64,000 nt of DNA from an uncultured delta proteobacterium (GTDB lineage Bacteria > Myxococcota_A > Polyangia > Polyangiales > Polyangiaceae). Below the pieces are notes generated by a model. The model saw only the letters and a program-made list of their open reading frames with translations, was not told where the DNA came from and searched no databases. Below, piece by piece: positions 20,382-28,197 of this stretch. The position numbers were made by a program, and so were the translations under genes. The stretch lies in NCBI GenBank assembly GCA_963841435.1, contig CAWJCS010000006.1, positions 544,001 through 608,000 on the forward strand, written 5' to 3'. Within the stretch, counting starts at the first letter, position 1, and each line of letters begins with the position of its first letter.

Positions 20382-21673
20382 CACTGCCGCGCGAGCGCAT
20401 CGTCGAGCTCGACAAGCGCCACGTCTGGCACCCGTACACGCCGATGGGTCCGTACGTTGCCTCGACCGATCCCATCGTCGTCGTGAGCGCTCGGGGCGCG
20501 CGCTTTTCCGACGCCAATGGGCGCTCTTACCTCGACGCCAACTCGTCGTGGTGGTGCGCCGCGCTCGGTCACGGGCACCCGCGTCTCGTCGCCGCGCTCG
20601 CCGAGCAAGCCGAGCGCTTCGCTCACGTGGCGCTCGGGGGCATCACGCACGAGCCCGCGGCGCTGCTCGGCGCCGAGCTCACCCGCGTGGCGCCCCCGGG
20701 CCTTTCGCGCGTCTTTTACAGCGACGACGGGTCGACGGCCGTCGAGACGGCGCTCAAGCTCGCCGCACAATACTGGGCGCAAAACGGTCGCCCCGGTCGC
20801 AAGCGCTTCCTCGCGCTCGAGGGCGCCTTTCACGGCGAGACGCTCGGCGCGACGATGCTGGGCGGCGTCGAGGCCTTCCGCCGCGGCGTGGCCGGGCTCG
20901 TCGTCGATTGCCTGCGCGTCCCGCCGGGCGACACCGGTCACGTCCGCGCCCTCGACGCGATCGCGGACGCCGTGCACCGGCACGCCGACGAGCTCGCAGG
21001 TGTCGTGCTCGAGCCCGTCGTGCAGGCGGCGGGCGGCATGCGCATCTACGACCCGGCGCTCGTCGCCCGCGCGCGCGAGCTCACGTGCCAGCACGACACC
21101 TTCCTGATCCTCGACGAGGTGTTCACGGGCTACGGGCGCACGGGCCCGATGTGGGCGGCGGAGCACGCCGCCGTGTCCCCGGACCTCGTGTGCCTGGGCA
21201 AGGCCTTCACGGGAGGGCTCTTGCCCATGGCGGCGACGCTGGCGACCGAGCGCATTTTCGAGGGATTTTTGGGCGATCCGACGCGCGCGTTCTTTCACGG
21301 TCACACGTTCGCGGGCCATCCGCTCGGCGCGCGCGTTGCCCTCGAAGTGCTCGCCGTGTACCGCGAGGAGCGCGTCCTCGAGCGGGCGCGGGGCAAGGCC
21401 GAGCGCATCGCGCGCGCCTTCCAGGGCTTTGCCGAGCTCCCCGGCGTGACGACGACGCGCAGCCTCGGTATGGTCGCGGCGCTCGAGCTCGGCCAGGGCG
21501 GCTACTTCGACCAGGTGGGCCAACGCGTGTACGCCGAGGCCCTGCGTCGCGGCGCGTATCTCCGCCCGCTCGGCAGCACCGTGTACGTCACCCCGCCGCT
21601 CACGATCTCCGACGCCGATCTCGACGAGCTACTCGGCATCGTGGGCGAGTCGGTGCGCGCCGCGGTCGGCTGA
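20378..21673 (+). CDS. bioA: Adenosylmethionine-8-amino-7-oxononanoate aminotransferase
   Basis: HVWHPYT, SSWW...GHGHP, YSDDGSTAVE, FHGET, DEVFTGYGRTG, GKAFTGG, FFHGHTF, LRPLG. GTG start overlaps the kinase stop. Confidence 0.92.
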   Translation: MTLPRERIVELDKRHVWHPYTPMGPYVASTDPIVVVSARGARFSDANGRSYLDANSSWWCAALGHGHPRLVAALAEQAERFAHVALGGITHEPAALLGAELTRVAPPGLSRVFYSDDGSTAVETALKLAAQYWAQNGRPGRKRFLALEGAFHGETLGATMLGGVEAFRRGVAGLVVDCLRVPPGDTGHVRALDAIADAVHRHADELAGVVLEPVVQAAGGMRIYDPALVARARELTCQHDTFLILDEVFTGYGRTGPMWAAEHAAVSPDLVCLGKAFTGGLLPMAATLATERIFEGFLGDPTRAFFHGHTFAGHPLGARVALEVLAVYREERVLERARGKAERIARAFQGFAELPGVTTTRSLGMVAALELGQGGYFDQVGQRVYAEALRRGAYLRPLGSTVYVTPPLTISDADLDELLGIVGESVRAAVG

Positions 21674-21714
21674 CGCGCGGGGGCTCCCCTAGCAGGGGCG
21701 CGTCTTACCGAACG

Positions 21715-21732
21715 GTCGTGCCTCGGCACGAC
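21715..21732. terminator. Hairpin between convergent bioA and VWA genes
   Basis: GTCGTGC-CTCG-GCACGAC perfect stem. No U-tract. Confidence 0.3.
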
Positions 21733-21785
21733 GGACTGCTCGACGACGCGGCGCGACGCTGGCGCTCGGCAGCGCAACGCTCGAG

Positions 21786-23225
21786 TTAGCGTCGAACGGC
21801 GATCGGATTGCCGTTCGGGTCGCAAGGGAAGCTGATGTGCAGCTCGGCGCCGTCCTTGAAGGTTTCGCAAGCGGCGCCCTCGAGCGTCACGTTGTAGAGC
21901 GTCGTCATGTCGAGTGACCAGCCATTCGGATCCGAGTACGCTACGGGGCTGCCGCCGACCGAAACGGTGCCGAGCGAGGGATCGCCGGTCACCTTGGCGT
22001 CCATCTCGACGGTGCAGGAGATGACGTTGTTGAGCAGGCCCGTGAGCGTCGTGATGAGCGTCTGCGGGGCGTTGCCGGCGGTCGTGTCAACGGTGTAGGC
22101 GGTGCCGACGTTCGGCGCCGTCTCGACGTAGGTCGAGACGAGCGTGTTGTTGTTGCACTGCTCGTACTTGAATTTGCAGCCCGGGTCCGCGACGTCGGCG
22201 CAGCCGGGCGGCGCCTGCACCTCGGCCCCGACGCCGGCGTTCGCCAGGTCCTGCAGGTGGAGCAGGCCGCAGCGCGCCGTGGTGGAGCAGCCGGCGTTGG
22301 GGTTGACCACGATGTCACCGACACCGAGCACGTAGGTATCGATGCCCGCCGCGTGCGCGTCCTGCGCGGCCTTGATCGATAAGTCGTGCCCGCAGTTCGG
22401 ATCGAAATGCTCGCACGTGTCGGGATTGCCGTCGGTGACGAGCAGAATGTACTTCTTGCCGGGCGGGTCGCCCATGTAGGCCGTCAGGTCGGCCACGGCG
22501 GTGTCGATGGCGTAGTGCGTCGGCGTGTCCCACTTCGGATGCGAGGTCGGCCAGTCGATGGCGCCGTAGACCGCCTCGATGGCGTCGCGATTGGCGTACG
22601 CGGGGTCCACCTTGGCGAACTCCGCACACTCGGCGCTGGAGCTCGCCGTTCCCTTGTAGCTCTCGAAGCCGAAGCGCACCTTGTCTTGTAGGGCTTGCAG
22701 CACGCCCATGGTCGGATCCATCAGCGCGGTATGCAGGATGGGCCACGCCGCGGGCGTCGTTTCCCACATGCTCGAAGAGGTATCGACGACGAGCATCACC
22801 GTGGGCACCTGCGGCGTCGGCACGACGCTGAGCTCCTGACAGATGGTGGCCCCGCCGCTGCCGCCCGCGCCGCTCGCACCGCCGGCTCCGCCCGCCGCAC
22901 CGCCGTTGCCGCCCGCGCCGGAGACCGCGCCTGCACCCGCTGCGCTGCCGCCCGTTCCGGAGACGGCGCCCGCGCCAGCGTCACCGCCGCTCGAGCTTCC
23001 TGCCGCGGCGCTGCTGCCGCCCTGCCCCATGATGGTCCCACCCTGACCGTCGCCAGCGGTGGCTCCGGTACCGGTTCCGGAAGTCGCACCAGTGCTCGTT
23101 CCTCCCGTGGCCCCGCTGCCGACATCATCGGGTTGGGTGGTCGCGGGCTTGGACCCGCAGGCTACGAGGAGGGGCAGGGTGAAAGCGAAGGTCTGTCGCG
23201 CGCGCGCGGCGCGGTCCCACGTCAT
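21786..23225 (-). CDS. Cys-rich VWA-domain lipoprotein with Gly/Ser/Ala linker
   Basis: Lipobox LLVA|C, low-complexity Gly linker, MIDAS VDTSSSM, TPT, LVTDG, Cys-rich C-terminus. Confidence 0.85.
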   Translation of the reverse strand: MTWDRAARARQTFAFTLPLLVACGSKPATTQPDDVGSGATGGTSTGATSGTGTGATAGDGQGGTIMGQGGSSAAAGSSSGGDAGAGAVSGTGGSAAGAGAVSGAGGNGGAAGGAGGASGAGGSGGATICQELSVVPTPQVPTVMLVVDTSSSMWETTPAAWPILHTALMDPTMGVLQALQDKVRFGFESYKGTASSSAECAEFAKVDPAYANRDAIEAVYGAIDWPTSHPKWDTPTHYAIDTAVADLTAYMGDPPGKKYILLVTDGNPDTCEHFDPNCGHDLSIKAAQDAHAAGIDTYVLGVGDIVVNPNAGCSTTARCGLLHLQDLANAGVGAEVQAPPGCADVADPGCKFKYEQCNNNTLVSTYVETAPNVGTAYTVDTTAGNAPQTLITTLTGLLNNVISCTVEMDAKVTGDPSLGTVSVGGSPVAYSDPNGWSLDMTTLYNVTLEGAACETFKDGAELHISFPCDPNGNPIAVRR

Positions 23226-23321
23226 GGCAGACCAGCATACCATTTCCCCTTCGCCTGTCCCGGTGCGCAGCCCACCTCCACACGAGGCCGACGCCGGTCG
23301 GGCGAAAGCTTCATGCTCCCT

Positions 23322-23358
23322 TCAGTCGATAGGCCGAGAGTGGCGTCAGTCGATAGGC
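23322..23358. repeat. 13-bp direct repeat in a divergent intergenic region
   Basis: TCAGTCGATAGGC at 23322 and 23346; partial copy CAGTCGAT at 23446. Confidence 0.75.
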
Positions 23359-23558
23359 GGAGATGTGGGGCTGGCGCTTGGGTCTGACGCTGACGGTGTA
23401 CGGTTTTAGGGACCGCGGAAGTGGAGAGCGCCTGGCCGCCTTCGCCAGTCGATGACCTTCCTTCAGTGTGACGGCGGCGCGCGGCACGTCCGCGCCGCCG
23501 TCGCGTCCACCTGGCTGCCCGAGCCTGCTCGAAGATGGCGCGATGATATAGTCGGGGG

Positions 23559-25148
23559 ATGCCGTCGCTTCGTCTTCTCTTTGGGCTCGCTCTCCCGACT
23601 GCGGCCCTGCTGTCGTCGTTCGGGTGCAGTCCCTCGTCGGGCAAAGAGAGCAGCGGCGGCAACAACTTCGGCGCTTCAGGGGGCTCGGTCTCCGCGGGGG
23701 GCACGCCGGGCAGCGGCGGGGCAGGGATCCCCACGACGGGTGGCGTCGGCTCGGGCGGCCTGATGGTGACGGGTGGCGCGAGCGGCATGGGGGCCGGCGG
23801 CACCGGCGCGGTGCAGGAATGCGTGGGTGACAAGAGCACCGGCGAGCCCGTGCCGCTCGACGTGTACGTGATGCTCGACATCTCTGGCTCGATGCTCGAC
23901 GCGTCCGGAACCGGTACCAAGTGGGACGCCGTCAAGAGCGCCCTCGATCTGTTCTTCAATGATACGGGCTCCGCGGGCCTTTCCGTGGCGATTCAGTACT
24001 TTCCGCTGCGGCTGCCAGGAGTGCCGACCTCGTGCACGACCGACGCCGAATGCGGCGCCGGAGCGCCCTGCCTGCTCAACGTGTGCTCGCAGACGCCGGG
24101 CGCCCTGATCGGCTGCGACCCCGCCGTCGCCACGTTCTGCGACGATCCCATCCTCCGCGACGACGGCCCGTGCGACGCCGACATGACGTGCCACCTGAGC
24201 GGCGCCCCCTGCACCGATGCGACCTCCTGCCAGACGCGCGCGGGCAAGGTCGGCACCTGCGGGCAGCTCGGCGTGTGCGAGGACGACGCCACGTACTCGT
24301 GCCCCGCGGTCGGCGGGCCCGCCATGGCCGGCTGCGGCATGTGCCTGGCGGCGACGAGCTCCTTCTGCGTGCACGAGAACATCTGCGATCCGGCCTCGTA
24401 CCAGACGCCTGCCGTGGAATTCGGGGCGCTGCCCGGCGCAGCGGCGAGCCTGTCGTCGTCGATCGCTACGCAAGTGCCGCTCGGCGACACGCCGACGCGT
24501 CCCGCGCTACGCGGCGCGATCTCCCACGCGCGCGACTGGGCGGCGGCGAACGTCGGTCACTCGGTGGTCGTCGTGCTCGCGACGGATGGTTTCCCCACGG
24601 AGTGCACGGGCGGCACCTCGGCCTTCGGTGCCTCCGCCACCGCGCTCACGGACGTCGTCAACGTGGCGACCGAGGGGCTTGCCGGCGCGAGCCGCATTCA
24701 GACCTTCGTCATCGGCGTGTTCTCGAGCGACGAGGCGACGGCCCAGGCGAACCTCGACCAGATTGCCGTCGCGGGCGGCACGGAGCACGCCTACGTCATC
24801 GACACCTCCGGCAACGTGCAGCAGGGCTTCCTCGACGCCCTCAACGAGATCAGGGCGGCGCGTCTCGACTGCGAGTTCCAAATCCCGCAGCCGCCGAGCG
24901 GCAAGACGCTCAATTTCAACGAGGTAAACTTCCAGTACACGGACGCGAACCTGATGAGCACCTCGTACTATTACGTGGCCCCCGACGGCTGCACGGGTGC
25001 TCCCAACGAGTGGCACTACAACGTCGCGCCGGCCCCCGGCTCGACGCCGACGCGAATCATCGCTTGCCCCGCGACCTGCGACGCCCTAAAGACCGTCATC
25101 GGCGGCACGGTGCAGATCCAACTCGGGTGTACTACCGTGGTGCGCTGA
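23559..25148 (+). CDS. Cys-rich VWA-domain lipoprotein
   Basis: Lipobox-like SFG|C, Gly linker, MIDAS LDISGSM, a large Cys-rich insert, TPT, LATDG, Cys-containing C-terminal domain. Confidence 0.87.
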   Translation: MPSLRLLFGLALPTAALLSSFGCSPSSGKESSGGNNFGASGGSVSAGGTPGSGGAGIPTTGGVGSGGLMVTGGASGMGAGGTGAVQECVGDKSTGEPVPLDVYVMLDISGSMLDASGTGTKWDAVKSALDLFFNDTGSAGLSVAIQYFPLRLPGVPTSCTTDAECGAGAPCLLNVCSQTPGALIGCDPAVATFCDDPILRDDGPCDADMTCHLSGAPCTDATSCQTRAGKVGTCGQLGVCEDDATYSCPAVGGPAMAGCGMCLAATSSFCVHENICDPASYQTPAVEFGALPGAAASLSSSIATQVPLGDTPTRPALRGAISHARDWAAANVGHSVVVVLATDGFPTECTGGTSAFGASATALTDVVNVATEGLAGASRIQTFVIGVFSSDEATAQANLDQIAVAGGTEHAYVIDTSGNVQQGFLDALNEIRAARLDCEFQIPQPPSGKTLNFNEVNFQYTDANLMSTSYYYVAPDGCTGAPNEWHYNVAPAPGSTPTRIIACPATCDALKTVIGGTVQIQLGCTTVVR

Positions 25149-25183
25149 GGCGGCACCGGCCGCAACGAAACGATCCGTTTCAC

Positions 25184-25534
25184 GTGGCCAAACGCAAGCG
25201 CTACCTCTTCGTCTGCATCAATCGTCGCCCGGACGGTACGCCGAAGGGCTCGTGCGCTGCGCGGGGCTCCGTCGAGCTTCACACCCGGCTCAAAGATTTG
25301 CTCAAGGCGCGCGGTCTTGCCGAGACGGAAGTGCGCGCCTGCACGTCGAGCTGCCTCGACGTGTGCTGGGCGGGGCCGACGATCGCCGTCGAGCCCGATC
25401 ACTACTTTTACGGCCGCGTGCGCGACGCCGATCTCGAGCCCATCCTCGACGCGCTCGAGCGGGGCGAACGGGTCGAGCGTCTGGTCCTCGGGCCGGACGA
25501 TTTCGTGACCCCCAAGGAGCTCGCGCAGAAGTAG
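25184..25534 (+). CDS. Thioredoxin-like [2Fe-2S] ferredoxin
   Basis: YLFVCINRR...SCAARG...SSCLDVCWAGPTIAVEP..YFYGRV. GTG start. Confidence 0.9.
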   Translation: MAKRKRYLFVCINRRPDGTPKGSCAARGSVELHTRLKDLLKARGLAETEVRACTSSCLDVCWAGPTIAVEPDHYFYGRVRDADLEPILDALERGERVERLVLGPDDFVTPKELAQK

Positions 25535-25558
25535 CGATCCAGCTGGAATCCTGCTGGT

Positions 25559-25588
25559 TTGACAATTGGTCTTGGTCGATGTCATAAT
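25559..25588 (+). promoter_or_regulatory. Sigma70-like promoter of the enhancer-binding protein gene
   Basis: TTGACA (25559-25564), 18-nt spacer, CATAAT (25583-25588) with extended TG at 25580, inside an AT-rich island. Confidence 0.65.
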
Positions 25589-25596
25589 TTCGATCG

Positions 25597-27003
25597 TTGG
25601 ACATATTGTCTTCATCTGCTGACGAAGCGTCACAGTCGGACCATCCCGTGGTGGGGGAGGGGCCCACGGTGCTCGTCGTCGACGACGAGGCCTCGAACCT
25701 CGCCTCGCTGCAGAAGATCTTCGAGCGCGAGCACATGCGCGTGCTCGTCGCCGACGGTGCGAAGGCGGCGCTCGATCTCGTGCGGCGCCATCGCGTCGAG
25801 GTCGTGCTCACGGATCTCATGATGCCTGGCGTGAGCGGCGTCGAGCTCTTGCGCGCCATCAAGGAAGTCGCGCCCGATACCGAGGTCGTGGTCATGACCG
25901 CGTACGGCACGGTCGAGACGGCGGTGCAGGCGATGCGCGAGGGCGCCTACGACTTCGTCGAGAAGCCGCTCAAGCGCATGACGATCGTGAAGAGCGTGAG
26001 GAAAGCCGCCGAGCGTCACTCGCTCGTCGTCGAGAACCGCTCGCTCCGCCAGGAGCTCAAGCTGCTCACTGCGCGCGAGATCATCGGCCAGAGCGCGGCG
26101 CTGCGTCGCGTGCTCGACGTCGCCACACAGGCGGCGCCGTCGAGCGCCACTTTGCTCGTTCTGGGTGAGAGCGGAACGGGCAAGGAGCTCCTGGCGCGCT
26201 ACGTCCACGGCAAGAGCTCGCGCGCCGCGGGGCCGTTCGTCGCCGTGAACTGTGCGGCCATCCCCGAGAGCATCCTCGAGGCCGAGTTGTTCGGTCACGA
26301 GCGTGGTGCCTTCACGGGGGCGGTCGGCCGGCGCGAGGGGCGCTTCGCGCGCGCCAAGGGTGGCACGCTGTTCCTCGACGAGATCGGCGAGCTGAGCCCG
26401 GCGGTTCAGGTGAAGATCCTGCGGGTGCTGCAGGAGGGCGAGTACGAGCCCGTGGGCGGGCACACCGTGAAGAGCGACGCGCGCATCATCGCCGCGACCA
26501 ACCGGGACCTCGGCGCCGAGGTCGAGGCGGGGCGCTTTCGCGAGGACCTCTACTACCGGCTGAACGTGATCGCCCTCACGGCGCCGCCGCTCCGCGACCG
26601 GCGCGAGGACGTGCCGCTCCTCGTCGATCATTTTCTCGGCGTGTACTGCAAGAAGAACGGCAGGCCGCGTCTCGCGGTCGCGCGCGAAGTCGTTTCGCGG
26701 CTCACCGACTATGGTTGGCCGGGCAACGTGCGCGAGCTCGAGAACGTCATCGAGCGCGCAGCCGTGCTCTGCCGCGGCGACGTGCTACGGCTCGAGGACC
26801 TGCCCGACGCGGTGGCGCAGGCGAGTGCCCCAGCGCCGGCCGCGCTGACATTTCCGATTGGCACGCCGCTCGACGAGGTCGAGATGCGCATGATCCGCGA
26901 GACCCTCAAACACACGCAGGGCGACAAGCCGCTGGCGGCGCAGCTCTTGCGCATCTCGGCGCGCACGATCTATCGAAAGCTCGGCGAGAGCGACGGGTCG
27001 TGA
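25597..27003 (+). CDS. Sigma54-dependent response regulator (NtrC-type REC-AAA+-HTH)
   Basis: VLVVDDE, TDLMMPG, GESGTGKE, GAFTGA, LFLDEIGE, FREDLYYRLNV, WPGNVRELEN, Fis-type HTH. True start is uncertain (TTG 25597 or GTG 25648). Confidence 0.96.
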   Translation: MDILSSSADEASQSDHPVVGEGPTVLVVDDEASNLASLQKIFEREHMRVLVADGAKAALDLVRRHRVEVVLTDLMMPGVSGVELLRAIKEVAPDTEVVVMTAYGTVETAVQAMREGAYDFVEKPLKRMTIVKSVRKAAERHSLVVENRSLRQELKLLTAREIIGQSAALRRVLDVATQAAPSSATLLVLGESGTGKELLARYVHGKSSRAAGPFVAVNCAAIPESILEAELFGHERGAFTGAVGRREGRFARAKGGTLFLDEIGELSPAVQVKILRVLQEGEYEPVGGHTVKSDARIIAATNRDLGAEVEAGRFREDLYYRLNVIALTAPPLRDRREDVPLLVDHFLGVYCKKNGRPRLAVAREVVSRLTDYGWPGNVRELENVIERAAVLCRGDVLRLEDLPDAVAQASAPAPAALTFPIGTPLDEVEMRMIRETLKHTQGDKPLAAQLLRISARTIYRKLGESDGS

Positions 27004-27051
27004 GACGATTTTCGGGGGCCGTGCACCGGCCCGCCGCCGGGCTGATCGAAC

Positions 27052-27104
27052 TGACAAACTGTCATGACCGGGCGTTCAGGGGGGGGTCCCTCGGTCAGCT
27101 TGTC
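27052..27104. promoter_or_regulatory. Putative upstream activator sequence (paired GACA-N3-TGTC boxes)
   Basis: TGACA-AAC-TGTCA at 27052-27064 and GTCA-GCT-TGTC at 27094-27104, about 80-130 bp upstream of the sigma54 site. Confidence 0.6.
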
Positions 27105-27181
27105 GGATAACGCCGGGCCGCCAAGCGGCAGTGGGGGAGAAAGCGCTGGAATTTCTGAGGCTTGATGCGGTAGCTAGCGGC

Positions 27182-27197
27182 TGGCACGCGGCTCGCT
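27182..27197 (+). promoter_or_regulatory. Sigma54 (-24/-12) promoter of the gsp operon
   Basis: TGGCACG-CGGC-TCGCT with GG (27183) and GC (27195) at canonical spacing, 16 nt before gspC. Confidence 0.8.
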
Positions 27198-27213
27198 TAC
27201 TCCGCTTGGACCC

Positions 27214-28197
27214 TTGTCTCTCGACCCCCTCATCCGGAAGTATTTCCCGGCGCTCATCGTGGCCCTGGTGGCGCTGGCCGCTTACTTTCAGGCGGGTGGC
27301 GCGACGCAGCTCATCGGCGCCGCGCTGATCGCGCCCGTGCCGAGCGCGAGCGCCGCCGTGCTCTCCCAGCACGCGGCAGCGAGCCGCCCCGAGCCTCGCT
27401 CGGCGCTGCCCATCATCGAGCGCAACCCCTTCGACTCCGTGACCGGCCCGCTCAACGCCAAGCCCATCGAAACACCCGTTCCGAAGCCCGAAGATCTCCA
27501 GACCCACGACCCGCTCGCGGCGGTGCCGTGCGAGGGCGTCGCGGCGTTCATCATCACCGAGTCGACGGACCCGCTCTGGTCCGTCGCGGCGCTCCAAGGC
27601 TCGGGCGAGCCGCGGCCGCGCATGCGGCGCGTCGGCGACGACGTTGCCGGCCAGACCGTCGAGTTCATCGGCTACAACCCCCTCGAAGACAGCCCCTCGG
27701 TCTGGCTCTCGGGGACCGGGAAGCTCTGCCAGGTGCTGCTGTTCCGCGCACAGCAGACGCCCGCGCCGGCCGCGCCGGCCGGAGCCCCTGCGGCCGAGGC
27801 TCCGCCGCCCCCGCCGCCGTCGCGCGGGGCCCCCCCCGTGCCGCCCGAGATTGCTTCGAAGATCCAGAAGCTCAGCGACACGGAGTTTCAGATCGATCGC
27901 ACCGTGGTCGACAACATTCTCGAGCGCCAGGCCGAGCTCATGAAGTCGGCGCGCATCGTTCCCGAGCAGAAGGACGGCAAGGTGGTCGGTGTCCGGCTCT
28001 TCGGCATCCGGCCCGACACGCTGCTCGGGGCGCTCGGGCTCCAGAACGGCGATCGCCTCGAGACCATCAACGGCTTCAACATGGCAAGCCCCGAGAAAGC
28101 GCTCGAGGCTTATGCGCGGCTTCGTACCGCGAGCAATCTGAACGTGAAGGTGAGCCGGCGTGGGCAGCCCGTCAGCATCGATTACCGGATCAAATGA
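27214..28197 (+). CDS. gspC: T2SS protein GspC with PDZ domain
   Basis: N-terminal TM, RNPFDS, C-terminal ARIVP...GVRLFGIRPDTLL..LGLQNGD PDZ. First gene of the gsp cluster. Confidence 0.9.
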   Translation: MSLDPLIRKYFPALIVALVALAAYFQAGGATQLIGAALIAPVPSASAAVLSQHAAASRPEPRSALPIIERNPFDSVTGPLNAKPIETPVPKPEDLQTHDPLAAVPCEGVAAFIITESTDPLWSVAALQGSGEPRPRMRRVGDDVAGQTVEFIGYNPLEDSPSVWLSGTGKLCQVLLFRAQQTPAPAAPAGAPAAEAPPPPPPSRGAPPVPPEIASKIQKLSDTEFQIDRTVVDNILERQAELMKSARIVPEQKDGKVVGVRLFGIRPDTLLGALGLQNGDRLETINGFNMASPEKALEAYARLRTASNLNVKVSRRGQPVSIDYRIK

